This document shows, piece after piece, positions 25,385 through 33,627 of a stretch of 64,000 nt of DNA. A program made the position numbers and the translations under genes. Every line of letters starts with the position of its first letter. Position 1 is the stretch's first letter. The notes under the pieces are model-generated. The model ran no database searches. It was not told the origin of the DNA and was given only the letters and a program-made list of their open reading frames with translations. Source of the stretch: Isoptericola halotolerans (GTDB lineage: Bacteria > Actinomycetota > Actinomycetes > Actinomycetales > Cellulomonadaceae); assembly GCF_013149785.1 (NCBI RefSeq), contig NZ_JABEZU010000003.1:372001-436000 (forward strand), written 5' to 3'.

Positions 25385-25912
25385 ATGCTCACGCTCGCTG
25401 ACGGCCGTACCCGGGTCGACGTCACGCTGACCATGCCCGAGGGCTACGACGAGGGGGACTTCGCCGAGCCCCTGGAGCTCACGCTCACGGACCTCACGGC
25501 CCTGATCGACGCCACGTGCCAGATCAACAAGCCGGACTACCGGCTCTCTGCGTCCGCGTCGGACACGGTGCCGGACCAGCCACTGTGCCGGTCCGGGAAC
25601 GCGACGACGTTCGGCAACTCGAACTACGAGGGCACGGTCACGGTCCTGCGCGAGCTGGACGAGACCGGCCACGTCGACGCCGCCGAGGACACCCTCTTCA
25701 CCGCGATCGGCGAGAAGGGCGTGATGGCGTACTTCGTCGAGCGGATCGGGCCGAAGGCCACCGTCGCGCTCGCCGAGGGCGACGAGGGCTGGATCTACGA
25801 GGCCCTGACGGACGAGCCGCAGGAGCCCTCCGACCGCTCGGGCTACGTCAAGAACATCGTGCCGCTGGGCATCCAGTCCCGGCGCCGGTTCGCGATCGTC
25901 GCTGGCCCCTGA
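25385..25912 (+). CDS. Major tail (tube) protein
   Basis: Position and size; SASDTVPDQPLC...GNSNYEG. Confidence 0.85.
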   Translation: MLTLADGRTRVDVTLTMPEGYDEGDFAEPLELTLTDLTALIDATCQINKPDYRLSASASDTVPDQPLCRSGNATTFGNSNYEGTVTVLRELDETGHVDAAEDTLFTAIGEKGVMAYFVERIGPKATVALAEGDEGWIYEALTDEPQEPSDRSGYVKNIVPLGIQSRRRFAIVAGP

Positions 25913-25918
25913 CAGACC

Positions 25919-26007
25919 CCCGGCCCGCGCGTCTCACAGGTGCGCGCGGGCCGGGCACCACCCCTGACCTGTGACCTGACCTGTGGACCTGTGAGGAGAG
26001 ACCTGTG
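25919..26007 (+). promoter_or_regulatory. Hairpin plus four loop-complementary ACCTGTG repeats over the chaperone RBS/start
   Basis: 13-bp stem 25919-25931 / 25943-25955, loop TCTCACAGGTG; ACCTGTG at 25967, 25979, 25987, 26001. Confidence 0.7.
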
Positions 26008-26676
26008 GACCAGACCAAGGACGCCGCCGGCGTCACCGAGGACTTCGACCTGCTGGCCTTCGTGGAGACCGGCACCATCGCGACCCGTGAGGTCGTGATC
26101 TACACCGACCACGAGGCCGCGCGCCGCTGCCAGGAGATCGAGGCCGCGCTCGACGCGCTCGACGACGACGGCCCCGACGACCGCAAGCAGGACGCGCCCC
26201 TGGGCGCCGAGTCCGACGAGACCCGCCGCGCCGAGCTCGAGGCGGAGGCCGAGCAGTGGCTCGAGCGGCTGCAGGCCTCCAAGATGACCTGGACCGTGCG
26301 GGCGCTGTCGAACGACGAGATCAAGGCCTCCTTCGACGTCGTCGCGGCGCCGAAGATGCCGGTCCCGCCGAAGGAGGGCGTGGCCCAGGCGATCAAGGAC
26401 CGGTGGCACGAGCGCGTCGAGGAGTACGGCCGCAAGAAGGCCGAGGCCGACGAGGACCGCAACCTCGTGCTGGTCGCCAACGCCGTCGTCGGGATTGAGA
26501 CGCCGGCGGGCTCCACCGGCTCCGTGACCGTCGAGCAGCTCAAGGCGCTGCGGTCCAAGCCGCACGGCCAGCAGTGGATCGACCGGCTGTACACCGCTGT
26601 GGACGCGGCGACCTCGGACGAGGTCGAGCCGCCGGTCCCTACGTCGCCCGGGCGCTCCACGAGCTCCCGGGGCTGA
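26005..26676 (+). CDS. Tail assembly chaperone (G-like)
   Basis: Follows major tail; SD GAGGAG; acidic helical protein ending VPTSPGRSTSSRG. Confidence 0.82.
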   Translation: MDQTKDAAGVTEDFDLLAFVETGTIATREVVIYTDHEAARRCQEIEAALDALDDDGPDDRKQDAPLGAESDETRRAELEAEAEQWLERLQASKMTWTVRALSNDEIKASFDVVAAPKMPVPPKEGVAQAIKDRWHERVEEYGRKKAEADEDRNLVLVANAVVGIETPAGSTGSVTVEQLKALRSKPHGQQWIDRLYTAVDAATSDEVEPPVPTSPGRSTSSRG

Positions 26677-27008
26677 CCCACGCCCTCCGGGTCGCGCAGA
26701 AGTGGTCTGTGCGCCCGGAGGCCTACCTCGGCCTCGGCAAGCCGAACCGGCCGTGGACGAACCGTGACCGGGTGCTCGCTGGCGGGCTGGTCTACCTCGA
26801 GCAGTCCCTGAACGCGCACGGCATCCCGTCGTGGGTCGCTCAGGACCCGGACCGGATCTTCGACGTCGACGAGGTCGTGGACCATGCGGCGGCGCTCGTC
26901 GAGGATACGCAGGCCGAGTACGCGAGCAACCCGACCGCCGACACCCACGGCCTGCGCATCACCGTGCAGGACAAGGGGCCGCGGGGGTCTCAGTTGGCCG
27001 GGGAGTAG
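26638..27008 (+). CDS. Tail assembly chaperone -1 frame extension (T-like)
   Basis: Open -1 frame overlapping the end of G; WTNRDRVLA...HGIP motif; no clear start of its own. Confidence 0.7.
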
Positions 27009-27325
27009 AAGGTGATCTCCGGCTCTCCGGACTCCATGCTGCACTCCCAGTGCGCGTAGGGGCGCTCCTCGCCACCGACGATCTGGCCGATCGTGCCCTT
27101 GATGAAGTCGCCGTCGGTGAACGTCACCTCGGTGAAGCGGTTGTCGCCGCCGTAGGTGCTACTCGCAAGGCTCCGACACTGGCTTCCTGCGGACTCGCCG
27201 CCGCTGAACGACGAGATCGTGCACGAGGCGATCAGCAGCAGCACCAGCCCTGCCGGTACGGCACAGCCCCACAGAAGGCAGCCGTTGCCGCCCTTCTTGG
27301 CCCCCTCGGGCGCCTCCTCGGTCAC
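26990..27325 (-). CDS. Reverse-oriented membrane or secreted protein (moron)
   Basis: KKGGNGCLLWGCAVPAGLVLLLIASC hydrophobic segment followed by small Cys-containing domain. Confidence 0.7.
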   Translation of the reverse strand: MTEEAPEGAKKGGNGCLLWGCAVPAGLVLLLIASCTISSFSGGESAGSQCRSLASSTYGGDNRFTEVTFTDGDFIKGTIGQIVGGEERPYAHWECSMESGEPEITFYSPAN

Positions 27326-27558
27326 CAGCCCTGCTCCTTGACGTCGATGCAGCGCTCGCCCGTCTGCGGGGCGCGATCGAGCGGCCCAACGCCTTCGAAG
27401 GTGCAGTAGTAGCCGTCAGTGCGCCGATCCTGCTCGCGCGCTTCGTACACCTGGACGGCCGTGTAGATCGCTCCCACGACCACGAGGACGCCGAGGATCA
27501 CGAACATCGGCGCCGACCTCCACCACGGCGCATACGTCTTCGTCTCCTGGGCAGTCAT
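27322..27558 (-). CDS. Reverse-oriented small membrane protein (moron)
   Basis: FVILGVLVVVGAIYTAV TM helix; GTGA overlap with next reverse gene. Confidence 0.7.
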   Translation of the reverse strand: MTAQETKTYAPWWRSAPMFVILGVLVVVGAIYTAVQVYEAREQDRRTDGYYCTFEGVGPLDRAPQTGERCIDVKEQGW

Positions 27559-27602
27559 CGACCCATCGTCTCAGAACTTCATACCGACCGGGGGGTGATC
27601 TC

Positions 27603-28268
27603 GTGGCTGATGAGCGCTCCTGCGGGATCGACGGATGCGACCGGGCCCTCCGGCCGGGAAGCGGCCGAGGCATGTGCGGGATGCACTACCAGCGTTGGCG
27701 GACTCACGGCGACCCGCTGTACGTCACCCCGCGAACCAAGGTGGTCGGCGTCGGCAAGTGCTCGATCGACGGGTGCTCGGGAGTCGTCCAGGCCCGCGGA
27801 TGGTGCACCAGGCACTGGACGCGATGGCATCGCCACGGTAGCCCTACGGCCCGAGCTCGTGGCGAGGTCGTCGACGGTCGGAAGGTGTGCCCGAGGTGCG
27901 GCGTCGATACCCCGGTGGTCGAGCTGCGAGGCCCGTACTGCCGAGAGTGCAGCAACCGTCGCGCGGCGGAGTGGAAGAGGAAGAACCCGCGCGACCGCGT
28001 GACGAAGTATCTCGACGCCCGCCGCGCCCGCGTGCTGGGCGCAGAGTTCGAGGTCTTCGACCGGGTCGAGATCTTCGAGCGAGACGGCTGGGTCTGCGGC
28101 ATCTGCGATGAGCCCGTGGATCGAGGCATCGCCTGGCCTGACCCGATGAGCCCGAGCCTGGATCGCGTCGTGCCGATCGCACGCGGGGGCTCCCACACGC
28201 GCGCCAACACCCAGTGCTCGCACCTCACCTGCAACACCGCCAAGGGTGCCCGAGAGGAGGTCGCCTGA
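27603..28268 (+). CDS. HNH endonuclease, probably inactive (DH motif reads DR)
   Basis: Two CxxxGC...C-x2-H repeats, CPRC...CREC, IFERDGWVCGIC, SLDRVVPIARGGSHTRANTQCSHLTCN. Confidence 0.88.
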   Translation: MADERSCGIDGCDRALRPGSGRGMCGMHYQRWRTHGDPLYVTPRTKVVGVGKCSIDGCSGVVQARGWCTRHWTRWHRHGSPTARARGEVVDGRKVCPRCGVDTPVVELRGPYCRECSNRRAAEWKRKNPRDRVTKYLDARRARVLGAEFEVFDRVEIFERDGWVCGICDEPVDRGIAWPDPMSPSLDRVVPIARGGSHTRANTQCSHLTCNTAKGAREEVA

Positions 28269-31200
28269 TGGCCGATGACAGGACTGTCCGCGTCGTGATG
28301 CGGGCCGAGATCGGCCAGTACAAGCAGGCGATGGACCAGGCCGCGAAGGCGACCGAGAAGGTCGGCGAGTCGACGGAGAAGGTCTCGAGCTCGGCGCGCA
28401 AGGCGTCGGGTGTCATCGTCACCGTTGGCGAGTACGCCAACCGCAGTGGCAAGCAGACCGAGTCCGCCTTCCAGCGGATGGTGAAGTCGGCCGAGCAGAA
28501 CCGCCAGGCGTGGGACGCCACCGGCAAGGTGCTGCTGACGGTCGGCACTGCGACGGCAGCGCTCGGCGCGGCCGCGCTCAAGACGGGCATCGAGTACAAC
28601 CAGTTGCAGCAGACGACCCGCGCCGCGCTGACGACACTGCTGGGTTCGGCTTCGGCCGCCGCCGACCAGATGGACCGGCTCGACGACTTCGCGCGCAACA
28701 GCCCGTTCTCGAAGGCTGTCTTCATCCAAGCGCAGCAGCAGATGCTCGGCTTCGGTGTCGAGGCCGAGAAGGTCGTCCCGGCCCTGTCTGCGATTCAGGA
28801 CGCCGTCGCAGCCATGGGTGGCTCGAACGAACAGATCGCGGCCATCTCCGAGATCATGGCGCGGATCAACTCCGAGTCGCGCCTCAGCGGTGATGCGCTG
28901 CAGCGGCTGGGGTACTACGGCATCGACGCCGCGCAGCTCATCGGTGACCAGATGGGCAAGACGGCGTCCGAGATCCGCGACATGGCCAGCAAGCCGGGCG
29001 GCATTCCGGCCGCCCAGGTCTGGGACCCGCTCGTCAACGGCATGCAGGAGGAGTTCGCGGGCGCGGCCGACGGCGTGAAGGAGACCTTCGCGGGGGCCGT
29101 GGATCGAGTGAAGGCCGCGTGGCGCGACTTCGGCGCCGAGCTCGCCAAGCCCCTTGTCGACCCTGAAGGCGGCGGCGCGCTCGTCGACCTGCTCAACTGG
29201 GCCGCCGACATGATGCGAGCGTTCGAGCGCCTGCCTGAGCCGCTCCAGAACACCGCTACGGCGCTCGCTGTCATCACGGCCGCCGTCGGTGTCCTCGGGG
29301 GCGGGTTCGCCCTCCTGACGCCGCGGATCGTGGCAGCCAACGCCGCCCTGACCGACTTCGCGACGCGCGGCAAGGGTGCGGCGCTGGCCGTGAAGGGCGT
29401 CCGGGCGGCCGCCGTCGGGCTGCCCGCCGTGCTGGGCGCCGCCGCCGTGGCCTTCGGTATCTGGGCTACGAGTGCCGCTGAGGCGCGCGCAGAGACCGAG
29501 GCGTGGAAGGCGACCCTGGACGACGCCGGCAACACGACCGCCGACTCGATGACACGCCTCTCCGAGGTCCTGACGCAGGATCAGCGCGGCTGGCTCGACC
29601 GCCTGGCGGGCGCCGACTTCTACTCGATCAAGTCCGCCGCGGACGACCTCGGCCTCTCGGTGGAGCAGCTCGCGGGCTACATCCAGGGCGTCCCGGAGGA
29701 CATCGCCGCCGTTACCCGTGCTGCTGAGGAGTGGGACGCCAGCCAGAAGAACGTCAACGACACCGAGTTCTACAACCGCGGCCGGATTGTCACCGACATG
29801 CTCGACGAGCAGCGCAAGTCGCTCGGCCTGGGAGCCGAGGAGGCTCGCGCCGCCGGCAGTGCAGCGGACGACCTCGGCGCGGCTCAGGACGGCATGTCCG
29901 ACTCCGCCTACGACGCGACCGCAGCCATGGAAGAGCAGCAGAAGGCGCTCGAGGCGGCGGAGAAGGCGCTCGAGGACTGGCGCGACATGGTCGCGGGCGC
30001 GGACGCGTCCTTCATCGGCCTGACGGACGGCTTCCAGTCGGTCATCGACAAGAACCGCGAGATGGCCGAGGAGGCCGCCGTCGCGTCCGGCGACGCCGAG
30101 AAGTCGTGGGAGGACTTCTACGACGGCACGACCGTCAGCATGAAGGAGTGGATCGCCGAGCTGGAGGCGCAGGCCACGGCGCAGGCGAACTGGCGCGACA
30201 ACATCCTCAGCGTCACGCGTGACATCCGCGAGCAGATGCCAGCCGACATGGCGGCCGCCGCGCACGCGATGGTCGACGAGCTCATCGAGGCGGGCCCTGC
30301 GGGCGCCGCGGCGCTGCAGACCTTCGCCGACGCGAGCCCGAAGCAGCGTGAGCGCCTCGTCGAGGCGTGGCGCGGCACCGGCGGCGACATCGTCGAGGCT
30401 GTCGAGTCGGAGCGGAACCCGGTCATCCAGATCGAGGCTGACGGGTCGATCGCTGAGAGGGATCTCGGTCTCCTGCTGGACGAGATCAGCAAGGCCGAGG
30501 GCACCCTCTCAGTCGAGGGCGACACAATTCGGGCATCCGAGGCGGTGCGCTCGCTGACGGCCGAGGTCAACGAGGCCGAGGGCACGGTCACGATCTATGG
30601 CGCCGACGGCGAGGCCGTCGCGACGCTGCGTGACTACGTGGCCGACGTCGACGCGACCGACGGCACCGTGACGATCCTCGGCAAGGACGACAAGGGTCGG
30701 GCGACCGTCGTCAGCCTGACCGACTGGATCGACGACCAGGGCGCGTCGGTCAAGGTCGACGCGGACACGTCGAACGCGCTCAAGTCGCTGGAGCTCTTCC
30801 GCTCCGAGGTCACCAAGCCGATGACGACGACCGTCAACGGCAAGGTCGTCTTCGACTTCGCCGCCAACGGCAAGGCCAACGGATTCGGCGACGGCGAGGG
30901 CCACGGCTGGCCCGGGACCACTCCGCGCGGCGTGGGCCAGATGACACAGGCCGTCAAGAGCCTGGATCCGGGCGCGCAGATCACGTCGGGCTACCGGCCG
31001 GGCGCAGTCACGGCGACCGGCCGTCCGAGCTACCACGGAATGGGCCGAGCCGTCGATATCGTCTCGCCGAACATGGGGCGCACGTTCGACCTGCTGGCGC
31101 AGGCCTTCGGTTCGCAGGCGAAGGAGTTGTACTACACGCCGCGCGGCTTCATCCGCAACGGCCGACGGACCAACGACGTCGCGGACGTCACGCGCCGCAC

Positions 31201-32770
31201 GCACAACAACCACGTGCACCTGGCGCTGGCGGCCGGCGGCGGGGTCCGCGGACCCGGCACCGGCACCTCGGATTCGATCCCGGCGCTGCTGTCGAACGGC
31301 GAGCACGTGTGGACCGCCAAGGAGGTCCAGGCGGCTGGCGGTCACGGCGCCATCGAGGCGATGCGCCGGGCCGTGCTGGGACAGGTGGAGGCGTTCGCCG
31401 CCGGTGGCGCAGTCGGGTCGGCGGACCGGGCTTTGGGTCGCGCGCAGGAGCGTCGTGACCGGGCGCGCGAGCGTGCTCAGGCGGCGCGTGCCGCACAGCG
31501 CAACGCCGAGCGGGCGCTGTCGGATGCACAGAAGGGTGGCGCCCCGGACTCGCGGGTGCGGACTCTGGAGCGGCGGGTGCGGGACGCTGAGAAGCGCACC
31601 GCGACGGCGGAGCAGCGTCTGGACGAGCGTCGTCAGGCGGTGCAGGACCAGCGTGCCCGACGTGGTCGTCTGCGCGAGGAGCGGCGCGAGCTTCGGACCG
31701 ACGTCCGGCGCGGCGCCATCCAGGACCAGGCCACGGGGTCGCTGTCGGGGGCCTACGCGGTCGCCGACGACATGATGGGCCTGGCGCGCTCGGGTGACCT
31801 GACGAAGAAGCAGTCGAACCGGCTGGCGGACGCGTCCCGGTCGGCCGAGCGCGAGATGCGCAAGCTCTACGCGCAGGCCGAGAAGATCGAGAAGCGGCTC
31901 GCCGACGCCCGGGACCGGGTCCAGGAGCTGGGCCAGATTTCCTCGCAGGTGTCGAACACGATCACCGGCGGCTTCTCGCTGGCCGACGCCGCCAGCCCGC
32001 AGCAGCGCACGAACGCTCGCGGCGAGGTCTGGTACGACTCCCCGACCGGGAAGTCGATGCTGGCGAAGGCGAAGGCCTACGCCGGCCGGGCGAAGAAGTT
32101 CGCCTTGACGCTGCGCAAGCTCGAGCAGCAGGGCTTCTCCGGCGCCGTCCTGCAGGAGGTCGCCTCCATGGGCGTCGAGGGCGGCCAGGAGGCCGCTGAC
32201 GCCCTGCTGCAGCTGTCGAAGTCGGACGCGAAGCAGATGAACGCGGCCTACAAGGACATCGAGTACTGGGCGGGTCGCTCGGGCCAGGTCGTGACCGAGG
32301 GTTTCTACAAGGGCGGCCTGTCGGCTGCCGAGGGCCTCGTGGCGGGCCTGGAGAAGAACCAGAAGAAGATCGAGTCGCAGATCGAGAAGGTCGCCAAGGG
32401 CATGGAGAACGCCCTCAAGCGGGCGCTCGGGATCAACAGCCCGTCGCGCGTCTTCCGCGACCTGATGCACCACGTCGGCGACGGCGCGGTGCTGGGCCTG
32501 CGGGACTCCGAGGCTGGCGTGTCGAAGGCCGCGGCGAACCTCGTCGCGCTGCCGTCGGCGGTCTCGCCGTCGGTGTATGCGACGCCGGTCGGCAACCGCA
32601 ACCCGGTGAAGGTCGACGTCGGGAACGTCGTCGCGCACATGTCCGACGCGCAGATCCGCCAGCTCGGCGAGTACATCGTCACGGCCCAGGCCCGGACGGC
32701 CGCCGGTGTCGTGGCCGGGACCACGGCCGCCCAGGACAACGCGTCCCGCTACGTGACAGGAGTGCGCTGA
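28268..32770 (+). CDS. Tape measure protein
   Basis: About 1500 aa, Ala-rich helical; FARNSPF tape-measure domain; GPGTGTSDSIPALLSNGEHV; LGINSPSRVF. Confidence 0.96.
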   Translation: MADDRTVRVVMRAEIGQYKQAMDQAAKATEKVGESTEKVSSSARKASGVIVTVGEYANRSGKQTESAFQRMVKSAEQNRQAWDATGKVLLTVGTATAALGAAALKTGIEYNQLQQTTRAALTTLLGSASAAADQMDRLDDFARNSPFSKAVFIQAQQQMLGFGVEAEKVVPALSAIQDAVAAMGGSNEQIAAISEIMARINSESRLSGDALQRLGYYGIDAAQLIGDQMGKTASEIRDMASKPGGIPAAQVWDPLVNGMQEEFAGAADGVKETFAGAVDRVKAAWRDFGAELAKPLVDPEGGGALVDLLNWAADMMRAFERLPEPLQNTATALAVITAAVGVLGGGFALLTPRIVAANAALTDFATRGKGAALAVKGVRAAAVGLPAVLGAAAVAFGIWATSAAEARAETEAWKATLDDAGNTTADSMTRLSEVLTQDQRGWLDRLAGADFYSIKSAADDLGLSVEQLAGYIQGVPEDIAAVTRAAEEWDASQKNVNDTEFYNRGRIVTDMLDEQRKSLGLGAEEARAAGSAADDLGAAQDGMSDSAYDATAAMEEQQKALEAAEKALEDWRDMVAGADASFIGLTDGFQSVIDKNREMAEEAAVASGDAEKSWEDFYDGTTVSMKEWIAELEAQATAQANWRDNILSVTRDIREQMPADMAAAAHAMVDELIEAGPAGAAALQTFADASPKQRERLVEAWRGTGGDIVEAVESERNPVIQIEADGSIAERDLGLLLDEISKAEGTLSVEGDTIRASEAVRSLTAEVNEAEGTVTIYGADGEAVATLRDYVADVDATDGTVTILGKDDKGRATVVSLTDWIDDQGASVKVDADTSNALKSLELFRSEVTKPMTTTVNGKVVFDFAANGKANGFGDGEGHGWPGTTPRGVGQMTQAVKSLDPGAQITSGYRPGAVTATGRPSYHGMGRAVDIVSPNMGRTFDLLAQAFGSQAKELYYTPRGFIRNGRRTNDVADVTRRTHNNHVHLALAAGGGVRGPGTGTSDSIPALLSNGEHVWTAKEVQAAGGHGAIEAMRRAVLGQVEAFAAGGAVGSADRALGRAQERRDRARERAQAARAAQRNAERALSDAQKGGAPDSRVRTLERRVRDAEKRTATAEQRLDERRQAVQDQRARRGRLREERRELRTDVRRGAIQDQATGSLSGAYAVADDMMGLARSGDLTKKQSNRLADASRSAEREMRKLYAQAEKIEKRLADARDRVQELGQISSQVSNTITGGFSLADAASPQQRTNARGEVWYDSPTGKSMLAKAKAYAGRAKKFALTLRKLEQQGFSGAVLQEVASMGVEGGQEAADALLQLSKSDAKQMNAAYKDIEYWAGRSGQVVTEGFYKGGLSAAEGLVAGLEKNQKKIESQIEKVAKGMENALKRALGINSPSRVFRDLMHHVGDGAVLGLRDSEAGVSKAAANLVALPSAVSPSVYATPVGNRNPVKVDVGNVVAHMSDAQIRQLGEYIVTAQARTAAGVVAGTTAAQDNASRYVTGVR

Positions 32771-33627
32771 TGCCCACGAGCTCGGACGGCGTCATGGAGG
32801 CCAACTTCGACCCGCAGCGGAACCTCGTGAACCTCGTCGTCCATGGCGAGAACTGGTTCTTTCCGGAGTCGCCGGTCGAGATGACGATTCTGCGCTCGAC
32901 GCCGGCGCAGGTCGCCACGCCCGTGCGCGGCGCGGAGCGCGTGCTGGCGCCGGGCGGGACGCTGGTGTGGTCGGACAACGAGGCGCCGATGGGGGTCGAG
33001 GTTCGGTACCGCGCCGAGGGCTTCTACAGCTCGGGCGGGTCGCACGTCTCGGCCCAGGCGATCGTCCCCATGATGGGCGCCGCGTGGGGCCTATGGGTCA
33101 AGGTCCCGGGCCGCCCGGAGCTGACGACGCGCGTCGAGGTGAACCTCGCGCCCGAGCAGTCCCGCGAGACGCTCGGCGGGTACTGGCAGATCACAGGGGC
33201 GGTGACGCAGGCCGGATTCCAGGAAGTGTCGGGCCCCACGCTGGCGCAGTCCGCCGGCATGGGGGCGCTGATGATCCCGGACCTGGAGGTCACGACGTAC
33301 TCCCCGGCCGAACTGTCGGCCCTGCAGCGTGCTGTGCGCCAGGCCCCGGGTCAGGTGGTGCTGCTGCAGTCCGGCCAGCCCGAGGAGATCCCCTCGGGCT
33401 ACTACCAGGTGCAGTCGATGAGCACGACGAACCCCGCGGGAATGCGCTCGGACCTGCAGCCCCTGCGGCGCACGCGGCTGTCGCTGGTCGAGGTGTCGAC
33501 TCCCGCGGGCCCGGCGACCGGCTGGTCCGGCGCGACCTACGGGGACGTGGCCGATGCGTTCGCGACGTACCAGGACATCGTCGACGCGGACGTCTCCTAC
33601 CTCGACCTCGCGACGGGCAACTTCTGA
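32770..33627 (+). CDS. Minor tail protein (distal-tail position)
   Basis: VRGAE...DNEAPMGVEVRY; directly after tape measure. Confidence 0.78.
   Translation: MPTSSDGVMEANFDPQRNLVNLVVHGENWFFPESPVEMTILRSTPAQVATPVRGAERVLAPGGTLVWSDNEAPMGVEVRYRAEGFYSSGGSHVSAQAIVPMMGAAWGLWVKVPGRPELTTRVEVNLAPEQSRETLGGYWQITGAVTQAGFQEVSGPTLAQSAGMGALMIPDLEVTTYSPAELSALQRAVRQAPGQVVLLQSGQPEEIPSGYYQVQSMSTTNPAGMRSDLQPLRRTRLSLVEVSTPAGPATGWSGATYGDVADAFATYQDIVDADVSYLDLATGNF

Noticed and set aside
27704..32638. Long minus-strand ORFs (853 aa, 709 aa)
   Set aside because: Antisense shadows of the tape measure gene
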